Assembly (NCBI GenBank): GCA_013265495.1 | Contig: MU058337.1 | Coordinates: 684,001 to 748,000 of the forward strand | Direction: 5' to 3' | DNA length: 64,000 bases | Origin: Vicugna vicugna | Lineage: Eukaryota | In this document: positions 26,780-40,330 of the stretch, in pieces | Layout of the letters: each line of letters begins with the position of its first letter | Numbering within the stretch: position 1 is the stretch's first letter | Position numbers and translations under genes: made by a program | The notes under the pieces: model-generated | The model's input: only the letters and a program-made list of their open reading frames with translations | What the model was told of the DNA's origin: nothing | Databases searched by the model: none

Positions 26780-27490
26780 TGTTTATATGTTCAACAGATA
26801 TTTTATTATGTACCAGCTCCCTTTCTCAGGTATTGGGAAGCATAAGAAGACAGTACCATTCACGATAATCTTTATAGTTTGTTGCAGGTATAGAAATAAA
26901 AGAATGCCAGGAGTACAGCAAGGGCACGTAGATGAGCCTGCTCAGTTCCACTTGGGGTATGAAGCATGGCATCCAAGAGCAGACACCTTTTGTCTGAGTC
27001 AAGGACACCCATTTACCTGACCTGTGTGTTGAACTCCTCCTCTGTGTCAGAGTTTGTTCCCGGGCACTGGGGATGCAAAGGTTCACCTGTTCAAAACCTG
27101 TGTCCTGGGAAACTCTGTGACCTGGCAAGGAGAACCTATACCCCTAAACCATGGAAATACGCACCTGCCGTGAGGAGGAGATGGCGGGGACCGGGAGGGC
27201 CGGGGCTGAGCAGCACAGGCCGAGCAGATGAGGAGGTTCCTGAGATGAACTATCACCTAAGCTGAGTTTTTAGAAGCATGAGTTGGAGGCAGAGGGTAAG
27301 GACACTCCTAGTGAATGCTAGGAGCAGGTGCGGAGGTGGCGTGGTGTGTCTGCAGAACTGTGACGGTGGTTTGTCTGCACCACTGCGAGAGACAGGAAGG
27401 AGCGCTGCTGACAAGGTAGGCTCAGGGCAGGTCACACAAGGTCTCGCTCCAGGTCAGGCTGGTCAGAACTGCAGAGGGAGGAGGCATTAG
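26780..27490 (-). mobile_element. Degenerate L2 fragments
   Basis: 'gttcaacagatattttattatgtaccag' start, and later 'ctaagctgagttttagaagcatgagttgg' and 'ggggcaggtcacacaaggtct', resemble antisense L2. Confidence 0.5.
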
Positions 27491-27779
27491 ACTCTGCCTT
27501 GCCAGGCAGTCTGGCTGTGTGCGGGGTGAATGAAAAGTAATCTGTTTGGCCTCCAGCAAAATAAATAGCTTATATGAGCTAAGTTATCTCTTCCGTGGGG
27601 ACAGCTATCTTTTTCATTATTTCTCTCAGGAGAACAATTTGCTTTTACTGGGAATGCACTGTAATCAATCAGCTGTTCCAACAGTAATCAATCAGCAACT
27701 GTGTATTGAGCTCCTGTTAATGAAAAGCATTGTGCATGTTAGGTGCGTGTCTGGCAGCCAGATGTCAGCCACGTGAGTG

Positions 27780-28300
27780 TCCTAAATTCTTCCATCCCTG
27801 TGGGCCTGGCCCCGCCTGTATCTGTGACTTCATCACCAGTCCTTTGCCCAGAGCTCTTGTCTTCTGCAGCCTGTCCTGCCTTCTGCAGAGCTGCTGTCAA
27901 GTCGGTGTCCATCCCGCCCCAGGACTCTTGCCCAGTTCTCTGTCCAGAGAGCTTTCTCCAAAACCTTCAGATGGCTGCATTCTGACTCACTCAGGTTCTA
28001 GCTGTTTCGTGACATCTTCCCAGACTCTGCCATAGAAACTCTCTCGGCCGCCCCCTATTTCATTCATCTTTTCCTTTCTCTTCTTGAAAGCTCACATCAC
28101 TCCCTGAAATGGTCTTACTCGGTGATGGTTCCATTTTGTTTTTGCCTGGCATCCTCTTTTTCCTGTGCCCGGTGACAGGTTATGAGGCTCATTAAAGCAG
28201 GGGCCTCTCCGGCCTCGTTCACTACTACCACCAGCACTTCCGAAGCACCTGCAGCGGAGCAGGCTTTCACTGAGTGCTCAGTGAATGATGAGAAAGAATC
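27780..28300 (+). mobile_element. L2 3' portion (L2a-like)
   Basis: CT-rich sense L2 landmarks: 'gggcctggccccgcctgtatct', 'atggctgcattctgactcactcaggttct', 'agcaggggcctctccggcctcgttcact', ending 'gtgaatgatgagaaagaat'. Confidence 0.75.
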
Positions 28301-29349
28301 CCCATGAGAGTGCCACAAAATCAGATCCCGGATCAGGCTTACCTCACGCATTCTGCATTTATAAGTAGGAGAAAAGGTGAGATTTATGAATCTTGGGAAG
28401 TATTTTTTAAAAATCAAAAATAACTTTGGTATAATGAACAAAAGAGACATAGAGGCTACTAATTAAGTTAACTGTAAAACTGACTGGTTTGAAGACTACT
28501 GTAGTTTCACATCCCCTTACCATACAAAATTGTGTAAGAATAATAATAAAAAGAAGCCACCGTTACTTTAAAAAGCAATCAGAAAGAAAAACAAAATGAT
28601 GCATGATAAAAAAAAATCACTGAGACATGAAGGCATTTCACTCTGTTAGAGTCAGAAATAAAGAATTTATCCTTCAGCATGTTTTCCTGAAAATAATTTG
28701 TTAAATGTGTAGTCTTCCTGACTAGTCTCCACCTTGAGCAACCAGAAATCAATCTTTTAAATAACATGCACTGAAGAAATGCTCTGGTTCATTGTACAAG
28801 TTCTATAGAATTGGCACCAGACAGTTCTAAACAATTTTGTGTTCAGTTAAATCTTCCAGTGGATGGAGGCACGCGCAAACTCCTCCACACTTCATTCCAA
28901 TTTATTTCTTATTTGGCAACTTTGACTTTTGGACTAAATTATGCTGGTTAATGGATTCAATAATTGGACTGTAGGGGGCGGTAACACTTCGTGCTTCTCA
29001 GGCTGCAGGGGAGGGACTCGGCTGACCTTCAGCACTGAGCTTCCTCGGGCTCAGATTCAAACTGCACGAAGCAGGGCACTCGGTCTTTGAACTGGCTGTG
29101 TCCTGCTAATCTCCCCTTCCACAGCTCCAAAACTCCTTTTGTTTGCTTTTGTTTTGTTCATGGGTCTTTTTGTTTCTTCTAAACTTCTCTCAGTCTGATT
29201 CAGGTTTGCAGGATTAATAACTGAGTAAGCTAGATGGAAAACTAACTTATACTGTACATTTATGAATAGGCTTTTGTTTACTATCCAAGCCAACCATTTA
29301 ACTGTGTAACTAATTGGTTTCGCTTGGATTGGGGCTGCTACTAAAAGTT

Positions 29350-29530
29350 ACAAGTAACCTTAAATACCAGTCATGTGCTATGTTCTCCAAGCACTGTAAC
29401 ATTCAGTTCTTCAAACTCATTACTGTTACCATTCCCAATTTATAGATGGGGGAATTGAAATTTAGAAAGGCAAAGTGAATCTTCCAAGAATAAGGGGCTG
29501 GTAAGTAATGGACTGAAGACAGAGAACGTC
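29350..29530 (-). mobile_element. MIR SINE fragment
   Basis: 'cattcccaatttatagatgggggaattgaaatttagaaaggcaaagtgaatcttccaag' is the antisense MIR core. Confidence 0.7.
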
Positions 29531-31563
29531 TGTCAGAAACGTGCATCCCCCTCAGCCGGTCCTCATCACGACTTGAAGGAATTTGGGTTTGCGGGTGTGT
29601 GGGAGTCAACTAGGGCTCCACAGTCTGTAGAAGAAACTCTGGTTATTAAGACATTCACATACTCAAACTTGGTCAAAACATTTTAATTATTGCTTATATG
29701 TACTGATCATCATGATTTGGATAAATATGAAGTAGATAGCACAATATACTTTACAGTTGTACCAGTTACCCTTTCCTTGGTAAAACCATAATCTTATGTC
29801 CCTTATAGGGCTTCCTCCCAGCCCTTCTCTGAAACAATTGTCTTTAGAGTCAACTCTCTTGCTCTGTCTCATGTCCATCGCTAACCTTTCTCCAAGGTGC
29901 TACTGTAGCGTTTGATGCAGACACAGTAAGACAATGAATAGCCTCCCTGTGGTCTGTTTCTCTTTCGCCTTGATGAAAGTCAGTGACTTCTTTGATTCGC
30001 TTGACATTCTTCTCTTTGATTCTGCTCCTGCCCTCTACCATCCTTCTCTCCCTGGAAAAGAAATAAGGAATGAAGGGAGGGAAGAAGGAAGGAAGCAAGG
30101 GAGGAAGGAGAAGAAAGGAAATAACTGCCTCTGGGTCTCTCTCCATATCATGTTCTCACCTCTGTGTTCCTTCTCCTCCTCTCTGCTTATCTAGATCTTT
30201 CACAATTTAGCTGAAATCCCACCTCCAAAAATAAGTCTTTTGCATCACTCCAAGCTCTGGAGTTTTCTCTTTTTTTCCTAAACTTCTGTTGCAACACCAC
30301 ATGCTTTAGAAACAAATTTACTCTCTGATTTGTTCACATATATTAATGACATTTTTCCAAGTGGAATATAAATATGTATAAGAGAAGGGAAAGAAAATTA
30401 GCATTTGAGTTACTTCCTCCCACCATCCTTACCTCCCTTCCCAGAGGTTATTCAATATACGTTGTATGGATGGTAAATGCTTGTTAATTAACCAGTTAAC
30501 ATCTGCTACTTGGAGTCAGTTTTATAATTCTACACAATTTTATAAAGAATTAAAGAGCTGGAACTTAGTATATTTTGATTTAAATATATATTATTAAAAC
30601 CTGTATAACTGTCTGAGCATTATAATATCTAGAACAACCATATGAGACCAGTTCATATATATATATATATACAGCATATGTACAATAAGTGCTGTATCCT
30701 ATATATGCATACATTATAATGTATAATATGTGCTGTACATTATAATGTATGTATATAAAATAAATAAAACATTGGGCAAATGTATGATAGACTTAAAATT
30801 GTCTGGCTTTGTTTTTATACTGTTATTCAAAGTCTTATGAAGGAGAAAAGAGGTTTAGGAAGGTGGTAATGTGACATTTATGAGGTGCAGCCTGTGAAGC
30901 ATCACAGAGATCAGGGGAAGGAGCAGGTGGATTGGATGGGAGTAAAGTCAGTGATCGGCTGCTGTTTTGGCATCAGCAGTATAGAATGGTCACTCCCAGA
31001 GATGGTGTGTATGGTGGTGCATTATGGTGGAACGATGGAGCCTGAAATGAGCTCAGAAATTGTCTGGTCCCGCTCTTCCTGTTCTAGCTGTGATGGCTGA
31101 GGGGTAAAGGGATATGTGATTTTCTCAGTGTCAGCCTCATTCTTGTGAGTGCTGGAGTGTCCTGAGCCAGTTTTATTTACATTGTACTCTATTGTCTTCA
31201 CAGTTTCTTTTATCTGTATTTATGTGTGTTCCATATGTTTTATACACAAGGAGAGCTTTAGACATTTATTTTTTGAAATATCACTGACTTTGGAAATTGT
31301 CTTTATATGAAACTGTACACATCTATGCATCTGAATATGCTACTCAGCCATTCTTGGGTTTATAAGCCAAGTCTATCTCCAAGATAAATAAAAGTAAAAA
31401 TGAGATATGACTTTCGAATCAGCAGATCAATTATTCTTCCTTTCTAAAAATGCCTGCTTGCCTTATTCTGCACGCCAGCACTCACTGGAGACGGGCGCTA
31501 ATTTTAAAAAGAGCTGCACTGATTGAAACCTGTCAGTGAAATCTACGCACCTGCACTTTCGTG

Positions 31564-31565
<2 letters not shown>

Positions 31566-31596
<31 letters not shown>
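31566..31596. repeat. Poly(T)31 tract
   Basis: Read directly. Confidence 0.95.
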
Positions 31597-31597
<1 letters not shown>

Positions 31598-34268
31598 GTG
31601 AGGCTTGTTATAAAAGTTTCGGCTTTCATTTCCATTTTTTGGGCTTTCCTTCTCTAGAGAGCACATGATTCAATAATCATATTCCACTTATTCCCTCATT
31701 CATTTTGAAATTTTGAAAATAATGTTTATGCTCCTTTTGTCTTAAAATCATTAACTTCATATACACCTATTTGCATTATAATCTACTTAAACTATTTTAT
31801 ATATAAATTTCTATCAAATTTATCCTTTGAAACATCTGAATGGAAGTAGCTAAAAGTGGAATTACTTTTCACCCCCTGTTCCTGGGTTTGGAGAGGGAGT
31901 AGGGGCAACGGACATCAACCTGGAGAGGCAGTTGAGGCCATGATGAAGACATCCTGAAAAGATGGGAGACAGAGAGAAAGTAAGGAGGGACTGGTAGAGA
32001 GCGTGCCCATGTGTGGACAAATATAGAAGTCACAGGTGTTATCGAGAAGGGTGGCTCCTAAGGAAGGGAGAGAGGAGAGGACAGAGGAGAGTGAATAAGA
32101 CACAGAAGGGGGTTTTCTGAGATGTCAGCGATGCCAGGCCTTTCCAGCCCCTCACTTATACCCCTTCCCCAGGGACTAGGATCCAGAAGGGCCACACAGA
32201 GATGTGGATAACCCAAGGAGGTAAAGGCAGAGCTAAACCAATTAAATGCATGTGTGTGCCTGTGTGTGCGTACGGTTAGATGGAGGTGATAAATATATAG
32301 ATACACAGATACGCAGAGAAAGATGCATACAGGGGTAGACAGAGCATTGTCACCAGAACACTGCCTGTTAGAGGCATTTACGTACCCTGATGGGGTGCAG
32401 GTGCACTCATTTGAAATGAAATTAAGTTGCATATGCAAAAGTGTTTTTTCAATTATGCATGTTATGCAAATGATAGTTATCGTGTATGTTATTACTATGT
32501 TAATATGTACATTAAAAATTTTATACCCAAAAATGAAATGGAGGATTAAACAGAGGTTGTCATTTAGGAAGCGTCTGAGAGTATTGTCTTTTTAAACCTT
32601 TGAAGGAGAAACTGAGAGAGAGAGAGAGAGACAGAGAGGAGAATGTCATGTGGCTGAACTGGTATTTTCCTGGGTTGTCTTTGAAAAACAAAAAATGAAA
32701 TATTGCGAATATTTCTGGCTTTATATCATCTGTATTACAGCAGAGGAGCTGTCCCTGAATTTGATGTCAGCAGGGACAGGAGGGGCTCATTGTAAAGGAC
32801 ACAAATCATTTGCCACCTGAGTCCCAGTGAGTCTAAGCCACTGCAGACAGTGCGGCCCCAGCCCAGCCGGCTCAGGCCTGCGCCCTGCTGTGCGCTCTGC
32901 TGCTTCAGAGCCTGCCTCCTGGAACCCGAAACTCTGAAGGCAGCTTCCAGCCTGTACTCTGGGTGTTCCGGAACCTCAGTGGCACTGCTTCTGCTAGTTT
33001 TGCCAAATTTCAGAAGTAATTTTTCCACATTTTAACTAACTAAAAATCAGAAGCAGGATTATTATTCAACCACTATTTTAAAAGATAGGGTTTTCTTCCC
33101 CAGTGACATATTTTCTCGTAATTGAAGTATGATACACTCAGAATCGCGTCCTCATTTGTGAAACAGTGGGAGCAATACCTACGTGGTAGGGGCAGGAGGG
33201 GGCGTGCGTACACCCCCAACCCAGGGGAACACAGAGCAGGCACCATATATTGGTAGGTTTTATTTTTACATCATTATTAAAGAATATTTGAAAGCGCAGC
33301 ATAAGAAAAAATTAGCCATTTTACCAACATAAGGTAATATTTACAGAGCACCATTATATTTGGACATTCAGGTCTACAGATTCAAAAAGCTGGAGGATTT
33401 GAGTTGAGGTACCAAGGAAATTGCCTCAGCTGCCTGTTGGATGAGCATGAATCCTCATCTTTTCTCTCTAGTAATTGATCTGTCCATCACCCCAGAGATG
33501 AGAATATTAAAAATATGTCAGCATAAACCATGCATGTTTTATAAACCATATATCAGAATTTCTTTTTGTCTCAAAACATTTGCCTTTTTATGCCACTCTT
33601 GGATCAGACCTGTATATGCAAAATAAAAGCAGCTGCTAATAATTATAACCAAAAATACAATTTTGTCCCAATTATTCATTCAACAAATACATATCGAGAC
33701 CTTATTCTCTGGCAGGGACAGCAGGTAGAACGCTGATAAAAACAGTGCCCCTGCTTTTGGGCTCCAGTGGATGAAAATGATATTTTATCTTTGTGTGATG
33801 ATGACTTTCCAGGACTCTGAGAAATGCCTGTAGCTTAATGCTATTTGTGGAACAGAGGATGATATTTGTGGTTCTTTTCATTCATATGTGGATGTTGGAG
33901 TGTTTCAGGAGGAATAATGAACTTAAGAAAGGGCCCTAAAATACTCATGGTATACAGAGGGGTGTGAATGAACAAGAATGACTACCTCGGGTTGTGCGGT
34001 AAACTCAGAGCGGATGGACGGAGGTGAGAGTGGACAGACCGCTCTGCGAACTTTAAAGTACTTCTTGAGTAAGAGGATGGACTTAATCTGATTGGGCAAA
34101 GGAAATTCAACATAGGCAGAGATAGATAAAGCAATCAATTAATTGATCTATCAATCAACAGATCTACTTCAGTGTGTTTATGTTTCTGTGTTTGTTCCCA
34201 TTTTTATTTTTTCTGTTTTTGATGAAAATCACATTACTTTCTGGATTACTCTTGCAGCTTCCCAGCTA

Positions 34269-36425
34269 CAGGCATACATCAGAAACATTGCAGGTTCGGT
34301 TCCAGACCACTGTAATAAAGCAAATATCACAATAAAGCAAGTCACAGTATCTTTTTTGTTTCCCAGTGCATGTAAAAGTTACATTTGTATCGGTAATCTT
34401 TTTGCTGAGGCCATGTTGATGGCTGGTGACTCATCAGGGAGGTGGCTGCTCAAGGTTGGAGTGGCTGTGGCACTTCCTTAAAATAAGACAACAACAGTTT
34501 CCACACCAAGTGACTCTTCCTTTTAAGAACAATTTCTCTGTAACATGCAATGCCATTTGATAATGTTTTACCCACAGTAGAACTTCTTTCAAAGTTGGAG
34601 TCAACCCTCTCAAATGCTGCTGCTGCTTTATCAAGTAAGTTTATGTAATATTCTAAATCATTTGTTGTCATTTCAACAGTCTTTGCTCATCCATAAGAGG
34701 CAACTCCTCATCCACTGAGAGTTTTCATCATGAGATGCAGCAATTCAACCACATCTTCAGGCTCCACTTCTAACTCTAGTTCGGTTGCTGCAGTTACTTC
34801 CCTCTGAAGTCTTGAACCCCCTAGATTCATCCATGAGGGTTGGAATCAGCTTCTTCCAGACTCCTGTTAATGTTGATATTTTGCCCTCTCCCCATTAATC
34901 CTAAGTGTACTTATGTCTAGGTGTCTAGAATGGTCAGTCCTTTCCAGAGGGCTTTCAACTGACTTTGCCCAGATCCATCAGAGGAATCACTGTCTATGGC
35001 GGCTGTAGCCTCGCAAAATGTATTTCTTGAACTATAAAACTTGAAAGTATTCTTTGATCTGGGGGATGCAGAAAGGATGTCATGAAAATAACATTGTCCA
35101 CTGCCATCAGATCTCTTGGGTGACCAGGTGCATTGTCAAGGAGCAGTCATATTGAAAGGAATCTTTGTTTTTGAGCAGTAGGTCTCAACAGTGGGATTGA
35201 AATGTCAGTAAACCATGGTGTCAACAGATGTGCTGTCATCCAGACTTTGTTGTTCCATTTACAGGGCACAGGCAGAGTAGTTAGCATAATTCTAAATGGC
35301 CCTAAGATGTTCCGAATGGTAAATGAGCATTGGCTTCAACTTAAAATCACAAGCTGCATTAGACCCTAACAAGAGGGTCAGCCTGTCCTTTGAAGCTTTG
35401 AAGCCAGGCACTGACTTCTCCTCTCTGGCTATAAAAGTCCCGGGTATCATCTTCCTCCAATATAAGGCTGCTTTGTCTCCATTGAAAATCTATTGCTTAG
35501 TGTAACCGCCTTCATGAATGATCTGATCTGGGTCTTCTGAGGAACTCGCTGCAGCTTCTGCATCCTGCTTCACCTGCACTTCGATGTCATGAAGATGGCA
35601 TCTTTCCTTAAATCTCATGAACGAATCTCCGTTGACTTCACAGTTTTCTTCTGCAGCTCCCCAGCCTCTCTCAGCCTTCATAGAATTGAAGGGAATTAGA
35701 GCCTAGCTTTGGATCAGGCGTTCGCTTAAGGGACTGTTGTGGCTGACCTGAACTAGCCAGACCCCTCAGACCTTCTCCATAGCAGCAATAACGCCGTTTC
35801 ACTTTCTTATCAATCACGGATTCACTGGAGTAGAATTTTACATTTCCTTCAAGAACTTTTCCTTCGCGTCCACAGTCCATTTGGTGCAGGAGGCCTCGCT
35901 CTCGGCTTGTCCCAGCTTTCAACGTGCCCTCTTCACTAAGCGTGGTCATTTCCGGCTTTCCATTTAAAGTGCACCTCTTCCTTTCACTTGAATACTTAGA
36001 GGTCAGTGTAAGGTTATTAACTGGCCCAATTTCAATATTATTGTGTCTCAAGGAATAGAGAGACCTGAGGAGAGGGAGAAAGATGGGGGAGCGGCTGGTG
36101 GTGGAGAAGTCGGGACACACGCATACTTATCGATCAAGTTCGCACCTCAGATGGGTATGGTTTGTGGCGCCCCCCCCCAAACAATTGCAACAGTAATATC
36201 AAAGATCTCAGATCACAGGTCATGACAAATATAATAATAATAAAAGTTTGAAGTATGGTGAGAATTACCAAAATGTGACATAGAGACACAAAGTGAACAA
36301 CTGCTATTGGAAAAAATTGTGTTGATAGATTTGCTCAAAGCCGGGTTGCCATAAGCCTTCAGTTTCTAAAAAATGTGATATCTGCCAAGCAGCAAAGGGA
36401 CGTGCAATGAAACAAGGTTTGCCTG
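34269..36425 (-). mobile_element. Near-full-length Tigger1 (TcMar-Tigger) DNA transposon with disrupted transposase
   Basis: Termini caggcatac... and ...aaacaaggtttgcctg, flanked by TA on both sides (34267-34268, 36426-36427). Minus-strand ORF fragments match Tigger1/TIGD1-type transposase ([53 protein letters not shown]...[16 protein letters not shown]) but are split by frameshifts and stops. Confidence 0.95.
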
Positions 36426-36480
36426 TAGGATTTTTGCTTCTGAGATCTCGTTCCAGCCGATCAAGATATCTTTTCTAAAA

Positions 36481-36565
36481 TATCTATCTATCTATCTATC
36501 TATCTGTCTGTCTATCTATCTATCTATCTATCTATCTATCAATCTATCTATCTATCTATCTATCT
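36481..36565. repeat. (TATC)n tetranucleotide microsatellite with TGTC/AATC interruptions
   Basis: Read directly, about 21 units. Confidence 0.95.
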
Positions 36566-36579
36566 CTGAAGTAGAATTC

Positions 36580-36860
36580 ATAGGAGTTGGTGACCAACTG
36601 AAAATGAATGAAGTAAGGGAAAAAGGGTTGTTAAGACTGACTCCGGAGTTTGTAGCTCAGTGACAAGATGAATGACACCATCGTCAGTCAAGATGGGGAG
36701 ACTGAACAACTGGGAGAATGAGGGGAAATCGTGAGTTTTGGACTGATTTTGACAAAGCAAGTGTACTAACCAACAGGTGATTTCCAATAGACAATCAAAA
36801 AATATGGGTCTGAAGCTAAAGAGGAAGATCAGAGTTGAAGTCTGATGTGGAGATGTGAAT
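36580..36860 (-). mobile_element. L2 fragment
   Basis: 'aagactgactccggagtttgtagctcagtgacaagatgaatg', 'tgagttttggac' and 'atatgggtctgaagct' resemble antisense L2. Confidence 0.65.
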
Positions 36861-39800
36861 CAGATGAGTATTTTGGTTGGGGTTACATAACTGCCAAACA
36901 TCTCAGTTATAGTTTTCAGTGATACAATTTCACATCTTAGAGTGAAATATTATGAATTATTTATAAATAACTGTAGAAATGTATTTCAAAGACTTTGTTA
37001 TTTATGTTGATCTGAATAAACCTATGTATAATGGATGAGAGTAGCATATGTTAATGATTGTGTATATATATCAATATTATTTTCAAAAACAGTAAATAAA
37101 TTTTAAAAAATTATGACCATTGAGATAAACATGGGCACTTCATAAAGCTGACCCAGCTGTTGACTATATGTCTAGAAAATTTTCTTCCTTTATGTACATT
37201 AGTCTTTATTTTTTGAGAGATTTTAAAAGATCAAATTTTATTGTGGAAATTGCTAAAATGTTAGTAGAGTCTCACTCTTTGTAGAGGGCATCTCAGTGCT
37301 CAGATGGTCGTGAATTTTAAATGTGTAGACTAGGACTGGACTCGCGTGGCAGTCAGTAATCCCCACGGGAGTTCTTAACACGGCGGTGCTTTTTGTCATT
37401 GGGCTTATGTGTGTCACTAGGTTGTTCTTTGGGTTGGATGATTACTTTGTTTCACATCGAAGTATTGAAGTACTTGGACTGCATATTAGAATCATTTAAA
37501 ATTTGCACTGGAAGGAACTTTCGTAACATAACCCATCCGATTCTTCTTAGAACACAGAAATAGAGGCCGCTGTTCAGTCAGTGCCAGGACTAGAAGTGAG
37601 AGTTCCTGACAGTATCCACTGTATTATTTGCTTTATCTCAGTGCTTATATTGGCCAACTGATGGTCACTCAGAAGCCACCTTGCAGAAGGAGGGCACATG
37701 AGTCTTAAGGGATTTAATTCATCTCCACGCTGGGTGGATGAGAGATGGATAAGAAATTGGAAATGCAACTTCTCTCAAATAAATTATTACGAAGTAGAGG
37801 ACAGACGGTAAATACCCTGCTACTTACAATAACAGGGCAAAAGTTAAAAAGAATGTCCTAGGAGGTATGAAATTTAATTGGGGAGCCTGTAGGTAAGGAA
37901 AAGATTCACAAAGAACACATTAACATCACTTCTTAACCTAAGGTTAAATATGTTTGTCAAAGTAGCACTTTGATGCCTCAGTGCCTTGATTATTAAAAAG
38001 TGCCAAAGTTTCCTATAAATTATTTTGAAATAAAACCATCCATAATAACTAAAAAAAAAATCCCATTGGCAGTTCATGTAAAAGGTAACCAGGGTTTGTT
38101 TTTTGTTTGTTTTAAATGACATTTACCAATGGACTGTATCTGTTTAGATAATAGTTTCTTTCCTGAAGAAGAAAAAATAAATTTGACTGAAAAATGTTCA
38201 AGATATTACCTAAAGCTTGGATAGTCTTTCATTTTAGAGGAGCATTGAGAATTACCTCAAGCAACTAAAAAAAAGCATATTGCCTTTTGATATGCAAAAT
38301 ACTTTAGCAACCTTATTGTAGCTAATTATCTTTTCCATTTGCTATGTAGTTGTGAGCACATTGAATCAATATAGCTTTTAATAATGTGAAACATAATTTA
38401 TGAAATGTGGAAATGGTAAAGGGTTCCTCAGACATTTTGTGACACAAAAGGAGATGAAGTAAAGGGTGGGCTGCCTTGAATGAAAACATGTTCACTCTCA
38501 CAGTTCTGTCCATGGTCTCAGTTTCTGATTGAGTCTCACAAAATAGCACAAGACAATTAGTTACTCCCTTGACATTCTGCTTGAAAAAACAATGGCAGGA
38601 AGGAGTAGCCTAGTGGAAGGAAAGTGGAGATTGGGGAGGTATGATGTCTTACATGGAAAGGACTTTGGATTTTGCCTTAAACCAGCTGAAATGTGCTGCA
38701 CAAATGCAGAGTGAAGCAGGAGAACATGTCTGTTGATTTAGGACACCAAATGACCGGAGCGTGAATCTTGGCTGTCCTTTTAAATGAAACGCCTTGCTTT
38801 GGAAAGATGTCAAGTGTCTGTTACAAGGGTAACAGGCCGTCATGATGGTTTATTAAAAAACAAACAAACATAAAAGATCAGCCGTATGGATAAGGAAAGT
38901 GTCCATGCTACTGAAGGAATGTCTTGTCCATTTTCAGAGTTATGAGAGAATAATTTCATCTTTATAACATTTATAGATTCCATATAGACATTACTTAGAA
39001 ATGAAAATAAAATTACTTCCCTTGCCTTCCTCCTCTATGTTCAAGGCAGAAAAAAGCCTTTAGCATCGTATTCCTAACGTTTAAATGAACTGGATTTTAG
39101 AACAACGCCAAGGTGATAACTACCCTCAAGTTTAAGGCAAAAATAAGCAAACCTGTGGAAGGCATTCATGTTGAATGTGTGCGAATTTGTACTTTCCTTC
39201 TAGAGAGCAGGATGCTTCCAGAGCTAAGCTGAGAGTCAGTAGTAACAGAAGAGGGGAAGGAAACAGAGACCGTAGTTAAGTGCTTTCTCCGTAGTGGTGT
39301 TTCATTTGATTCTTTGTTCTAGGTTGCTTTGAGTGGCATTTTTCTTTAAGCCTTTGGTGTAGGCTTTAAAATATAAGTTTTACAGGAAATTGCACTCCTA
39401 GGCTTATAGGGAAGAATGTGTCCCGATTGCTGCCATGCGGGCGGCTTTCACACAGAGCAAATGCAGGCACAAAGGGACTCCTTCATTAAGGTTTCACTGG
39501 CACGTAGGAAGACAGCCTCCCCCTCACTCGTGGTAAGTAACACTGAAACTGTATGACTTTGTCATATGACATCATGAACTCCATTATGGGCTTTTCTAAT
39601 AATAATCATAAGGAGGAAAAAACCTCAAGAAATCTGTTCATGCCACTCATACAGGGTCTGGTAAATTAGTATGGTGGACTCATGCTGGTGCAGTGCTTAA
39701 TCCCACAAAGTGCTCATTTCTTTTCATGAGGTTTTTTTTTTTTGAAAATCAGTCTCTAACTCCCACATCCCAGGGGAAATGATACTATATTTTCTAGGTA

Positions 39801-40049
39801 ATTAAAACTTTCCCAAGTTCACTGGTACATAGAGCCAAGACTAAAGCAGTTGGATTAGAACAATTTCAACAGGGGACAGACCTCACCTTCTTTATGTGTT
39901 GACGCCATTGTTAGTGTGCTGTGCCATCTTGAAACTGCCTCACTTTCTGGAATTGCTCCTTGTAGGATGTTTGAGGGGAGAATGAGGAACAATATAGCAC
40001 TCCGAAACTGACCCAACTTTTGAGTCATCCTTGCACTGTGTGGCAGAGA

Positions 40050-40330
40050 AGAATGAGAAATAAAATGTGCCTTCGTTTATTTAAGCACTTTCTTATTGTA
40101 GGTCTTCTTGATTGTTTCCACTTTCTAGTTATAAATAGTATCCCAGGGAGCACCTCTACATGTAACTTTTTTGCAGTGTCTGTGACTGTGAAAGATGCAT
40201 AAAAGCAGGAGCTCACGATATTTTTTTTAAAGATTTTGACATATCTGTCACCTCATCAGTTATTAACAAAAACTTTTACATATCCATTGTCATTATTTTC
40301 CAATTTTATGTAGCGTGTAAGATGAACAAG
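40050..40330 (-). mobile_element. Old L1 (L1ME-like) fragment
   Basis: Minus-strand peptide 'LFITRKWKQSRRPTIRKCLNK' resembles the L1 ORF2 C-terminus. Also 'gattgtttccactttctagttataaata'. Confidence 0.55.

Noticed and set aside
27661..27696. 13-bp direct repeat gtaatcaatcagc (PBX-like TGATTGAT on the minus strand)
   Set aside because: Adjoins an L2-like 3' tail and is explained by tail microsatellite slippage.
31566..31596. Poly(T)31 as the tail of a retrocopy
   Set aside because: No adjacent element body, poly(A) signal or convincing TSD.
34434..36120. TIGD1-like peptides as a possible domesticated gene
   Set aside because: Multiple frameshifts and stops inside an element with transposon termini.
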